64,000 bases of DNA from an uncultured Clostridia bacterium. Its GTDB lineage: Bacteria; Bacillota; Clostridia; Christensenellales; UBA1242. The notes under the pieces were generated by a model that saw only the letters and a list, made by a program, of their open reading frames with translations, had not been told where the DNA came from and ran no database searches. This document shows, piece after piece, positions 1 to 8,706 of this stretch (its first letter is position 1; each line of letters starts with the position of its first letter). Position numbers and translations under genes: made by a program. The DNA lies in assembly GCA_934749845.1 (NCBI GenBank), contig CAKVHQ010000001.1, forward strand, positions 11,750 through 75,749, given 5' to 3'.

Positions 1-1295
1 GCTTTTTTTAATGCTTCTTCTCCTGAAAACAACATTCTGCCAAGCCAACTTCTTAAAAATGTTTGATCGTGTTCTTTAGAAAATTGTCCAAGCCATTCAA
101 CCAAGTTTAAGTCACAATTATCAAAATAACTATTATAATTTTGTGGCATGTATGTTGTGGTTATGGTTTTGCCCCATTTAACAGTTCCAGTGTAGTCTTT
201 ATCTTCTCCAGCCAAAATATCGAAAAATTTTGACAAAAGCAAACTATTATCACTTAAAAATGCCACTTTTTCGTCTTTTCTTATTGTGAAACTTACATTT
301 TCAAAAAAGCCTTCTTTAGTCAAATTTTCAACTGTAAGCACTTCGTTTCCAATATCTCTTTCTGGCTTAAAGTCAACATAAGGATATTTTCTGTTGCTTG
401 GAACAATATCGTTTAAAGTTAACTTTTCAAGTTCTTTTTTTCGAGATGTTGCCTGTCTGCTTTTGCTTGCGTTAGCACTGAACCTTGCAATAAAGTCTTT
501 TAATTCTTCGGCTCTTGCTTCCATCTTTTTGTTTTGTTCTCTTGCTTGGCGTTGAAGTAGTTGGTTGGTTTCATACCAGAAATCATAGTTTCCAACAAAC
601 ATATTGATTTTTCCATAATCAACATCGCAAATGTTTGTGCAAATCTTGTTTAAAAAGTGACGGTTATGAGAAACAACAATAACTATATTTTCAAAGTCTA
701 GCAAGAAGTTTTCAAGCCATCGAACTGTTTTAGCGTCCAAATTGTTTGTTGGCTCATCTAAAACCAAAATGTCTGGATTACCAAACAATGCTTGTGCAAG
801 CAAAACTTTAACTTTAAGTTTACTATCTAAGTCTTTCATTAGCATGTAGTGATATTCGCTTGAAATTCCAAGACCATTTAACATGTTTTGTGCGTCACTT
901 TCGGCTTCGTAGCCACCAAGTTCCATAAACTCATTTTCTAGTTCGCCCGCTTTTATTCCGTCTTCTTCACTAAAATCTGGTTTAGCATACAAAGCATCTT
1001 TTTCTTGCATTATTTGAAAGAGTTTTTTATGACCGCTTAAAACAGTATTTAAAACGGTATAATCGTTGTACTTTTCCTGATTTTGTTCAAGAACGCTCAT
1101 TCTTTCGTTTGGGGAAATAAAAACTTCGCCAGTTGTTGGTTCAAGTTCGCCAGTTAATATTCGCAAAAAAGTGGACTTTCCTGCCCCATTTGCTCCAATA
1201 ATGCCATAGCAATTACCTTTTGTAAACTTCAAATTAACATCTTCATAAAGTTTTTTGTCCGAAAATCTTAAACTTAAATTACTAACTTGTATCAT
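1..1295 (-). CDS. ABC-F family ATP-binding protein (N-terminal ~431 aa; C-terminus lies beyond the window start)
   Basis: I reverse-translated from the ATG at 1295-1293: MIQVSNLSLRFSDKKLYEDVNLKFTKGNCYGIIGANGAGKSTFLRILTGELE (Walker A). Later LAQALFGNPDILVLDEPTNNLD (Walker B) and an ABC-F style linker RQAREQNKKMEARAEELKDFIARFSANASKSRQA. At the window start the last ~19 codons (bases 59-1) read FLRSWLGRMLFSGEEALKK with no stop. The gene is not in the ORF track because it has no stop inside the window. Confidence 0.85.
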   Translation of the reverse strand, partial: MIQVSNLSLRFSDKKLYEDVNLKFTKGNCYGIIGANGAGKSTFLRILTGELEPTTGEVFISPNERMSVLEQNQEKYNDYTVLNTVLSGHKKLFQIMQEKDALYAKPDFSEEDGIKAGELENEFMELGGYEAESDAQNMLNGLGISSEYHYMLMKDLDSKLKVKVLLAQALFGNPDILVLDEPTNNLDAKTVRWLENFLLDFENIVIVVSHNRHFLNKICTNICDVDYGKINMFVGNYDFWYETNQLLQRQAREQNKKMEARAEELKDFIARFSANASKSRQATSRKKELEKLTLNDIVPSNRKYPYVDFKPERDIGNEVLTVENLTKEGFFENVSFTIRKDEKVAFLSDNSLLLSKFFDILAGEDKDYTGTVKWGKTITTTYMPQNYNSYFDNCDLNLVEWLGQFSKEHDQTFLRSWLGRMLFSGEEALKK

Positions 1296-1453
1296 TTTAC
1301 CTTTTCCTTTTTTAATTGTACGAGCAATTATAACATTTTTTTTAAAAAAATCAATATTATTAAAACAAAATAATATGATATAATTATAAATATATTATAT
1401 AGTAACTTAAACATATAATCAAAATTTTTGTATAAAATGAATATAGGGCAAAA

Positions 1454-2506
1454 ATGAAAAAAATTATCACTTTGTTTATTTTGGGCATATTGTCGGCTGG
1501 GTGCATCGCTATGAGTTGGATTGCACCATTTTACCTTGTGTGGAGCATTGCCTTTACCGTATGCCTAGCCACCACCTACATTTTTTTACTAATTACATGG
1601 ATTAAAAACCATAAGTGGTACAAATTTGGATTAGTAGGCAACATACTTGTTCTATTTATTGTGATTTTGTTTACGATTTTTTACTATACTGGTTTACTCT
1701 CTCACTTTTCGTCGCTAGACTCCGCAAGAGAATGGTTTGAATCGTTTGGTGCGTGGGCATGGATTATATTTTTCCTAATTCAAGTGGCGCAAGTGGTTAT
1801 TTTGCCAATACCCGCACAAATAACAACCATTGCTGGTGTTATTATTTTGGGAGCATGGAAGGCATTTATTATTAGTGCCATTGCCATATTGCTGGGGTCT
1901 TACATTTGCTTTGCTATTGGAAGATGGTTTGGTGTTAAGGTGGCATACAAGTTAGCAAGCAAAGAAACTGTTGACAAATATCGAAACTTGCTAACTAAAA
2001 AAGGAAAGTTACTTCTTCCTGTTATGTTTATATTCCCTGCCTTTCCTGACGATTTGCTTTGCTTTATTGCAGGAACAACAAAAATGACTTGGCGATACTT
2101 TATAATCATTACCATATTAACAAGGTTATTTGCCATTGCATGTATTTGCTGGTTTGGCAGTGGCGAACTAATTCCATTTAGTGGTTGGGGCATTCCAGTT
2201 TGGATTGTTATTGGAATTTTAATGATAATTGCGATATTCCTTATATTTAAATACCAAGAACAAATTGAAGACTGGATAATTGCAACATTTACAAAAGGCG
2301 GAAAGCAAAAGATTTTAGACAAAAAGAAAAAACAAGCCGAACAAAAACTTTTGGAAGAAGTGGACAAAAACCAAAAGCAAGACAGCAAAGACTATGTTAA
2401 CTTTGAAGATGCCGAAAAAACAAAAAACGACTATGTTAACTTTGAAAAACTAGACCAATCAAACGGCACACAAAGTTTGGCTAAAGGTCAAAAAGATGAA
2501 AAATAA
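1454..2506 (+). CDS. DedA / TVP38-TMEM64 (VTT domain) family membrane protein with a charged C-terminal tail
   Basis: The 350-aa ORF is polytopic and hydrophobic. It has the VTT-type motif FPAFPDDLLCFIAGTTKM, and a terminator follows. Confidence 0.8.
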   Translation: MKKIITLFILGILSAGCIAMSWIAPFYLVWSIAFTVCLATTYIFLLITWIKNHKWYKFGLVGNILVLFIVILFTIFYYTGLLSHFSSLDSAREWFESFGAWAWIIFFLIQVAQVVILPIPAQITTIAGVIILGAWKAFIISAIAILLGSYICFAIGRWFGVKVAYKLASKETVDKYRNLLTKKGKLLLPVMFIFPAFPDDLLCFIAGTTKMTWRYFIIITILTRLFAIACICWFGSGELIPFSGWGIPVWIVIGILMIIAIFLIFKYQEQIEDWIIATFTKGGKQKILDKKKKQAEQKLLEEVDKNQKQDSKDYVNFEDAEKTKNDYVNFEKLDQSNGTQSLAKGQKDEK

Positions 2507-2511
2507 AATTT

Positions 2512-2546
2512 GAGAGGACACATTCGCGAATGTCCTCTCTATTTTT
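2512..2546 (+). terminator. Rho-independent terminator
   Basis: GC-containing hairpin gagaggac...gtcctctc followed by a T-run, directly after the stop at 2506. Confidence 0.8.
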
Positions 2547-2673
2547 AACTGTAACTTACAGGTTGGCGTATATACATAATCAGTTTATTTTGAGTTTAAA
2601 AAAAATGTGCAGGATTAAAAAACTTTGCATAAGATTTTTTTGATAAGCCACAATAAATATGTAGGAGGTCGAT

Positions 2674-2880
2674 ATGGCAGAAAAATGTACATGTGGCTGT
2701 GAAGTTAACAGCACAGGTTGCTATTGTTGTTGCAACTGCGGACAAAAAATTTATTTAGACGAAGGTCAAACTTTGCCACCTTGTCCTAGATGCACAAACC
2801 AAACTTTTGAAAAAGAAACCGATGAAAATAAAGATTATTACAACGAAAAAAGTCATTGCTATCAAAAAGAATGTAAATAG
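2674..2880 (+). CDS. Cys-rich 68-aa protein with zinc-ribbon knuckles
   Basis: Strong RBS gtaggaggtcgatATG, with its own terminator on each side. It has 15 Cys in 68 aa, in the pattern CTCGC-x7-CYCCCNCG-x17-CPRC. Confidence 0.6.
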   Translation: MAEKCTCGCEVNSTGCYCCCNCGQKIYLDEGQTLPPCPRCTNQTFEKETDENKDYYNEKSHCYQKECK

Positions 2881-2884
2881 CATA

Positions 2885-2921
2885 AAAAACTTTGATTGAA
2901 AAAATCAAAGTTTTTGTTTTT
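2885..2921 (+). terminator. Rho-independent terminator
   Basis: Hairpin aaaactttgatt / aatcaaagtttt followed by tttttgttttt. Confidence 0.8.
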
Positions 2922-2925
2922 AATA

Positions 2926-2954
2926 TTGACAAGTAAAAATTAAGCCTGTAAAAT
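2926..2954 (+). promoter_or_regulatory. Sigma-A type promoter candidate
   Basis: TTGACA (2926-2931), 17-nt spacer, TAAAAT (2949-2954), about 25 nt upstream of the ATG at 2978. Confidence 0.5.
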
Positions 2955-2977
2955 ATATATATTAAACGGAGGCATAT

Positions 2978-3445
2978 ATGAACCAAGAGTACACTTACAA
3001 ATATATAGGAAATTTAAGAATTGTTGATGACCAAGGAACAGAAAAGCAAATGGAATATGCCACAACTGCAAACACATTTATGAACTTGTCGGCAGCGTTA
3101 GAGTTGCAAAACAAACTTAACCCAGAAAGTAAAAGTTTTAAAGCATTAAGAGAATTTATCTGCACAAAACCAGACTATTGGCGTAATGTTGAAAAACTAA
3201 TTCTTGACAAAATTGATTCCTACGCAGACGAAAGCAATCAAGAAAATTACAACTTTACTGACAACGATGTTTGCTTTGGAACTCTTCACTTTTTAAAGGC
3301 TCTTTATCAACATACTATCCAATTAGGTGTAACATCTGTTAATATTAGTAAAGTTAATGAATTATTAGGCGAAATGGAAACGGTTAGAGAAAAAACTTTA
3401 ACCGCCACAGAAGAGCAATTTAACATTAACCCTGACACTAAATAA
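2978..3445 (+). CDS. Hypothetical soluble protein, 155 aa
   Basis: ORF with RBS aacggaggcatatATG, bracketed by a promoter and a terminator. I recognised no family. Confidence 0.6.
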   Translation: MNQEYTYKYIGNLRIVDDQGTEKQMEYATTANTFMNLSAALELQNKLNPESKSFKALREFICTKPDYWRNVEKLILDKIDSYADESNQENYNFTDNDVCFGTLHFLKALYQHTIQLGVTSVNISKVNELLGEMETVREKTLTATEEQFNINPDTK

Positions 3446-3460
3446 GTTTTAAGTCGCACA

Positions 3461-3492
3461 AAAAAAATCTTATCAACTGATAAGATTTTTTT
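3461..3492. terminator. Bidirectional rho-independent terminator
   Basis: A-run, hairpin atcttat...ataagat, then a T-run, lying between convergent genes. Confidence 0.75.
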
Positions 3493-3519
3493 ATTTTTAA
3501 AATATATTTTATTTTAGAT

Positions 3520-5196
3520 TTATTTTCCTTGCAGTGAAATACTACCTGTTTTGTTTAATATTTTCAAAACATCTGTACAATTATTTTTTGCTTCGGCAAC
3601 TTTAACATTAAATCCTTTATAGGATTCGTCTTCGTATTTAGAAACTCTTTCTTTGTTTCCTTCTGTTGAAAGGTCTTCATTATAGGAATCAACTTTTATT
3701 GCACCAAAATGAATGCTTATTTTTGCCTTGCTGTTTTTGTTCATTCTTGCGTTAATAATAAAATTTTCTATAGGTGCGGTTATATTAACTGCTTTGCTTG
3801 ATGTTTCAATATTGTTTTCGCCTGAAACTTTAACAAAGTCTACATTTACTGGTGCTTTCTCGGCAACGATGTTTATTCTGCTTTTAACATTTTTTGCTGT
3901 AACAGTGCCTGAAACAGTTTTAACATCTAAACATAGTAAATTTCCATTTAATTTTGCAATAAAGTTTTCGTTAATAAATTTATTTAATGCGTTAACTTTT
4001 GCATCGCTAGTTTCTGTTGTTAACTCGCCATCGTTATAGAATGTTACATTTACTGATGCCTTTTGTGTTTCGGCTACAATTTTTTGAAGTGATTTGTCTA
4101 AAATTGCCTTTCCACTATTCATTTTTAATTGAACTGGCAAATAGTTTGTTTTAATGTGAACAGTTCCGTTTGTTTCAAAATATCCCATTAACTCGTTGTT
4201 TGATAAGGTTGTTTCCCAATCCCATGAATTTAAGTTTGCTGTTGAAGCATCAAAATTGCCCAATCTGTCAATGGTTATGTTTGCGTTGTTTCCAACAAAA
4301 GATATTGTTTTTAAAACAGTATTGATATAAACTGAAGCATTGTTGGTTTCAACACTACTATCTTCATACAAACACGTGTTAATTTTAAGGTTTCCACCTT
4401 GTGCGGTATAGTTAAGAACGCCAACTTCATCAACTGTGATTGAAGGAGCATTTAATGTTTTGGTTGAAGAAGGAAGAACTGTTAATGCTCCAACTTTGCT
4501 CATAGTGTAAGTTCCAACAGAACTATCTACTGTTACTTCGCCATCAACTGCATTTTTAACATTAACTCTGCCCAAAATGTTGGTAATTGATAAGTCGCCA
4601 TTTATTTTTACATTTTCAAGGTCAATTCCACCCTTATTCCCTGTGCATGAACAAGCAAGGTTTTGAACATTTAATGTGGTTTCACTTGTTCCAAAGGTGG
4701 ATTTTCCATTATTTGTTTTTGTTATAATGTTAATTTTTCTTGGAATTTCCTTTTTAATATTTGAATAAAGGGTATTTTTGCTCAACTCGATAGTCAAATA
4801 TGTTTCTCTTGTGAAAAATAGGCCAGATGGTTCGGTAACTTTTAATTCAACTTCGCCACTAGAATAAGAAACCATACTATCCACATATGCAAATTTATTA
4901 GAATCATGGGCTTTTGTGAACCCAAAAACATGGTTTGTTAAAGTTATGACATTGCGCTCGCCTTGTTTAACGATAATGTCAAAATCCCCTGTTTCAACAT
5001 AAATATTTATTTCATCTGTGGTTATATCGTCAAATTCTCTTGCTTCTGGCTGTCTTGTGTTTGTGTTTAAATAACTATAGCCAAAGATTTTTGTTGATGG
5101 AGAAACAATCATAATTCCACAACAAATAACAACTCCGGCAAATGCTATGCCACAAATAATTAAAATACTTACAATTATTTTTTTAATTACTTCCAT
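3520..5196 (-). CDS. N-terminally membrane-anchored, beta-rich extracytoplasmic protein (possibly a DUF4097/LiaG-like adhesin fold)
   Basis: The start is re-set to MEVIKKIIVSILIICGIAFAGVVICCG (ATG at 5196, RBS ctaggaaggt upstream). There is one TM helix, then about 530 aa rich in N/T/V/G beta-strand-like segments. Confidence 0.65.
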   Translation of the reverse strand: MEVIKKIIVSILIICGIAFAGVVICCGIMIVSPSTKIFGYSYLNTNTRQPEAREFDDITTDEINIYVETGDFDIIVKQGERNVITLTNHVFGFTKAHDSNKFAYVDSMVSYSSGEVELKVTEPSGLFFTRETYLTIELSKNTLYSNIKKEIPRKINIITKTNNGKSTFGTSETTLNVQNLACSCTGNKGGIDLENVKINGDLSITNILGRVNVKNAVDGEVTVDSSVGTYTMSKVGALTVLPSSTKTLNAPSITVDEVGVLNYTAQGGNLKINTCLYEDSSVETNNASVYINTVLKTISFVGNNANITIDRLGNFDASTANLNSWDWETTLSNNELMGYFETNGTVHIKTNYLPVQLKMNSGKAILDKSLQKIVAETQKASVNVTFYNDGELTTETSDAKVNALNKFINENFIAKLNGNLLCLDVKTVSGTVTAKNVKSRINIVAEKAPVNVDFVKVSGENNIETSSKAVNITAPIENFIINARMNKNSKAKISIHFGAIKVDSYNEDLSTEGNKERVSKYEDESYKGFNVKVAEAKNNCTDVLKILNKTGSISLQGK

Positions 5197-5294
5197 AATA
5201 ACCTTCCTAGTAGAGATATTATATATTACTAACCAAAAAAAATCAATAGCAAACAATAAAAAAAGCACTCAACAATGAATGCTTTTTGTTTTTT

Positions 5295-7079
5295 TTATTT
5301 TAAAATTCCTTTTATTCTTCTAACACCTGCACTTGAACTTTCTTCTTTTAAAAGAACAAATTCGCCAAGTTCGCTTGTGTTGTGAACATGTGGACCGCCA
5401 CAAATTTCCTTACTAAAATCTCCAATAGTATAAACAGTTACTCTTTCGCCATACTTATTATCAAATATGCCCATTGCGCCACTTTTTCTTGCTTCGTCTA
5501 GTGTCATTTCTTCTTTAACAACAGGTGCTGATTGTTTTATTCTTGCATTAACTTTTTCGCTTAATGTCTTCTTTTCATCATCTGTCATTTTGTGGTCCAA
5601 ACTAAAATCAAAACGAATTCTTTCTGGAGTGATGTTGCAACCTCTTTGCAAAACAGAAGGTCCAAACATTTCTCTTAAAGTTGCAAGCATAATGTGAGCC
5701 AAAGTGTGATATTTTGTGTCGGCATATGATGTGCTTGAAAGTCCGCCCTTAAACACTTGTTCCCCTGCCATTCTGCTTTTTTCTTGGTGTTCATGGAACG
5801 CTTGTTTATAACCTTCAATATCAACCTCGTAGCCTCGTTCACTTGCAATTTCTTGCGTAAGTTCGATAGGGAAACCAAATGTATCGTAAAGCCTAAACGC
5901 ATTTTTTCCGTCAATAACTTTACCGCCAAGATGTTCAATTAGTTTGTTAATTTCTTTAAGTCCGCCATTTATGGTGTTTGAAAACTTTTTAATTTCTTTT
6001 TCAAGTTCGGTTAAAACAAACTCTTTTCGTTTGGTTAAAATTGGATAGTCATTAAAGTAATCAATGTAATATGATGCAACATCAATCAATTTTTCTCCGT
6101 CAACACCAATCTTTTTAGCACTGTTAATGCTTCTTCTAATAAGTCGTCTTAAAACATATCCTTGACCAACATTACTTGGAGAAATTCCATTTTCATCGCC
6201 CATTATAAACACTGTGCTTCTCATGTGGTCGGCTATAATTCTAAACGCTCTTGTTGCCTCTTCACTCTCGCCATATTTTTTGCTTGATAGGTTGTTAAGA
6301 ATTTCGATAGCGCCCTTAAAACATTCAATTTCATAAACGCTTTTGTATCCATTAAGAATGGTTACAGTTCTTTCTGCACCCATACCAGAATCAACATTTT
6401 TTTGTTTTAATAATTGTGGTTTATCGCCCTCTTTTTCAACAACATATTGCATAAACACATTATTCCAAATTTCAATGTATCTTCCGCAACCACAAGAAGG
6501 ATTACAATTTTCACAGCATGGTTCTTTGTCGGTTATATAAAACATTTCGCTGTCTGGGCCACATGGACCTGTTGCACCTGCAGACCACCAGTTATCTTCT
6601 TTTCCTTGAAAGAATATATGACTTTGTGGCAAGCCACAAGATTTCCATATTTCATAACTCTCGTTATCTCTTGGTGCAGTTTCGTCACCTTCAAAAACAG
6701 TAACTGCAAGTTTTTCAACTGGAATGCCTAAATATTTTTCGCTTGTTAAAAATTCGAAACTGTTTTTAATTGCTTCTTCTTTAAAGTAAGCACCCAAACT
6801 CCAATATCCTAACATTTCAAAAAATGTACAGTGGGTGTTATCTCCAACGGAGTCGATATCGTTAGTTCTTATGCAACGTTGAATATCGCAAAGTTTTTTG
6901 CCACAAGGATGCTCTGCTCCCAAAAGATATGGAACAAGTGGATGCATTCCCGCAGTTGTAAATAACACCGAGCCATCGTTTTGTGGAATTACAGATGCAT
7001 TATCAATTTGAACATGTCCTTTTGACTTATAAAATTCAAGCCACATTGCTTTTAAATTTTCTACTGTTAAGTGTTTCAT
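5295..7079 (-). CDS. alaS: Alanine--tRNA ligase, short form (catalytic, tRNA-recognition and editing domains; no C-Ala domain)
   Basis: N-terminus FTTAGMHPLVPYLLG, QRCIRTNDIDSVGDNTHCTFFEMLGYWSLGAYFKEEAI. Editing-domain motifs HTLAHIM and CGGPHV. Only 594 aa. Confidence 0.9.
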   Translation of the reverse strand: MKHLTVENLKAMWLEFYKSKGHVQIDNASVIPQNDGSVLFTTAGMHPLVPYLLGAEHPCGKKLCDIQRCIRTNDIDSVGDNTHCTFFEMLGYWSLGAYFKEEAIKNSFEFLTSEKYLGIPVEKLAVTVFEGDETAPRDNESYEIWKSCGLPQSHIFFQGKEDNWWSAGATGPCGPDSEMFYITDKEPCCENCNPSCGCGRYIEIWNNVFMQYVVEKEGDKPQLLKQKNVDSGMGAERTVTILNGYKSVYEIECFKGAIEILNNLSSKKYGESEEATRAFRIIADHMRSTVFIMGDENGISPSNVGQGYVLRRLIRRSINSAKKIGVDGEKLIDVASYYIDYFNDYPILTKRKEFVLTELEKEIKKFSNTINGGLKEINKLIEHLGGKVIDGKNAFRLYDTFGFPIELTQEIASERGYEVDIEGYKQAFHEHQEKSRMAGEQVFKGGLSSTSYADTKYHTLAHIMLATLREMFGPSVLQRGCNITPERIRFDFSLDHKMTDDEKKTLSEKVNARIKQSAPVVKEEMTLDEARKSGAMGIFDNKYGERVTVYTIGDFSKEICGGPHVHNTSELGEFVLLKEESSSAGVRRIKGILK

Positions 7080-7150
7080 AATTTTTTCCTTTATAGTTTT
7101 AGTTTTTACCTCTACATTTTAGTAGCCTTAATAAATATTGTCAATTTTAT

Positions 7151-7861
7151 TTAATCATTACGCCTAAAAATCAAAATAAATCGAAGCAAGTTTAGAATAG
7201 ATACAACCAAAGCGGCAACATAAGTTAAAGCAGCAGAATCTAACACTTTGTTAACTCCCACCATTTCATCTTTGTCTAAAATTTCAGCGTTTACTAAAAT
7301 AGATTTTGCTCTATTACTTGCATTATATTCAACTGGCAAAGTTATTAAATCGAAAATAACAGCAAGCGAGAAAAGAATAATTCCGCACCACATACAAACA
7401 CTGCCCGCAATGGTGTTAACACCCAAATTGAGAATTAGTCCTATAAACACTAAAGGCCATAGCAACTTGCTTGCAATATTACATGCCATAACAAGACCCA
7501 TTCTCACTTTGATTGGCTTATAGTTGGAAGCATATTGAAGAGCGTGACCTACTTCATGAGTTGCAATTCCTATTGCTGCCACAGAAGTGCTGTCGTAAAC
7601 CTCGCTTGAAAGTGAAATCGTTTCAGTTTTAGGATTGTAGTTATCGGTTAAATCCCCGTCAATTTTAACAACATTAACATGATTTAAAGAAGCCGAGTCC
7701 AATATAAGTCTTGCAATTTGAGATGCCGTCATTCCCTTTTTTGACGCTACTTTTTTATACTTTGCAAAATTGCTTGAAACTTTAATCTGTGCAATTATCG
7801 CCAGCAAAAGTCCTGGCAAAAGAATAATTCCCATTAAATAATAATCCCAATACATAATCAA
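7151..7861 (-). CDS. YugP-like membrane zinc metallopeptidase (Zn_peptidase_2 family)
   Basis: N-terminal TM helix, HEVGHALQ zinc motif and C-terminal TM helices. Confidence 0.85.
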   Translation of the reverse strand: MIMYWDYYLMGIILLPGLLLAIIAQIKVSSNFAKYKKVASKKGMTASQIARLILDSASLNHVNVVKIDGDLTDNYNPKTETISLSSEVYDSTSVAAIGIATHEVGHALQYASNYKPIKVRMGLVMACNIASKLLWPLVFIGLILNLGVNTIAGSVCMWCGIILFSLAVIFDLITLPVEYNASNRAKSILVNAEILDKDEMVGVNKVLDSAALTYVAALVVSILNLLRFILIFRRND

Positions 7862-8556
7862 TCCCTCCTAAATGAATATTGTATTTTTCTAATCAATTTA
7901 TATAATCCAAAAAATATACTACCAACATAAGTTAGCGCTGCCGCATTTAAAACTTGCTTTGTTTGTTTTAGTTCTTCCCTAGAAAATAATTTATTCTCGC
8001 TTAAAATTTTGTATGCTTTTTTGCTTGCGTCAAGTTCAAGTGGAATAACTGCAATTTTCATAAGAATGGTTAAAAACCACAGCCCTATTGAAATATAAAA
8101 GATAATTGGCGAATACATGCTTAAATCTTCAAAAAACAAAAAGACAAGTGCAGTTATCAGTGCTATTGGAAGCAAAAAGTTTGCGATTTTGCCTATTGTT
8201 TTAAAAATCAAATCAACCACAAGCCAGCCACTTTTTTCTTTTTTTTGCAAGGCGTGACCAAGTTCGTGACTTGCTACCGCAATGTCGGCAACCGATTTTC
8301 CGCTTGCAACCTGCTTTGTTAAAACTATCATGTCTTTATTAACCAAATAGGCGTCTTGAAACTCGCCTTCGGTTAGTGCAATTTTTGTGTTTAATTTAAA
8401 AAACTTAATGCATGCCGACACGAATGTTATTGCATCCTTGTTTATGCTGGCATCGGTTTGCGAATATTTTTTATAAAGACTTACCAAATTGCCATAACAA
8501 CTCCCTGCAATTAAAAGTCCTACAACCAATATTATTGAAAAGATTAGTATAAGCAT
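7858..8556 (-). CDS. YugP-like membrane zinc metallopeptidase, tandem paralog
   Basis: Same architecture with HELGHALQ. It overlaps the downstream paralog by 4 bp (ATGA). Confidence 0.8.
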   Translation of the reverse strand: MLILIFSIILVVGLLIAGSCYGNLVSLYKKYSQTDASINKDAITFVSACIKFFKLNTKIALTEGEFQDAYLVNKDMIVLTKQVASGKSVADIAVASHELGHALQKKEKSGWLVVDLIFKTIGKIANFLLPIALITALVFLFFEDLSMYSPIIFYISIGLWFLTILMKIAVIPLELDASKKAYKILSENKLFSREELKQTKQVLNAAALTYVGSIFFGLYKLIRKIQYSFRRD

Positions 8557-8706
8557 AGTTTTATTATATCATATTAAAACTTAAACACAAAAAAATGTTT
8601 ATAGACAATTTTGTAGAAAATGTATAAAAATTCTTAATATTTATAATTGTCGTAAAATTTTATGCATGGTATAATTATTATACCAAAAATTAAAAAGGAG
8701 ATTTTT

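Noticed and set aside
2390-2446. An 18-nt perfect direct repeat gactatgttaactttgaa, two copies 39 nt apart.
   Set aside because: It lies in frame within the charged C-terminal tail of the DedA-like protein (KDYVNFE twice). This is a small in-frame duplication, not a regulatory or mobile element.
5197-5268. N-terminal extensions offered by the ORF track here and at 8662, 23204, 25432, 33053, 39600 (TTG), 41076, 47067, 51680, 54944, 55735 and 56172.
   Set aside because: In each case an internal ATG is preceded by an AGGAGG-like RBS at 5-10 nt. The extension overlaps a terminator, the neighbouring gene or a promoter region. The family N-termini (for example YchF MKLGVVGLPNVGKS) confirm the shorter start.
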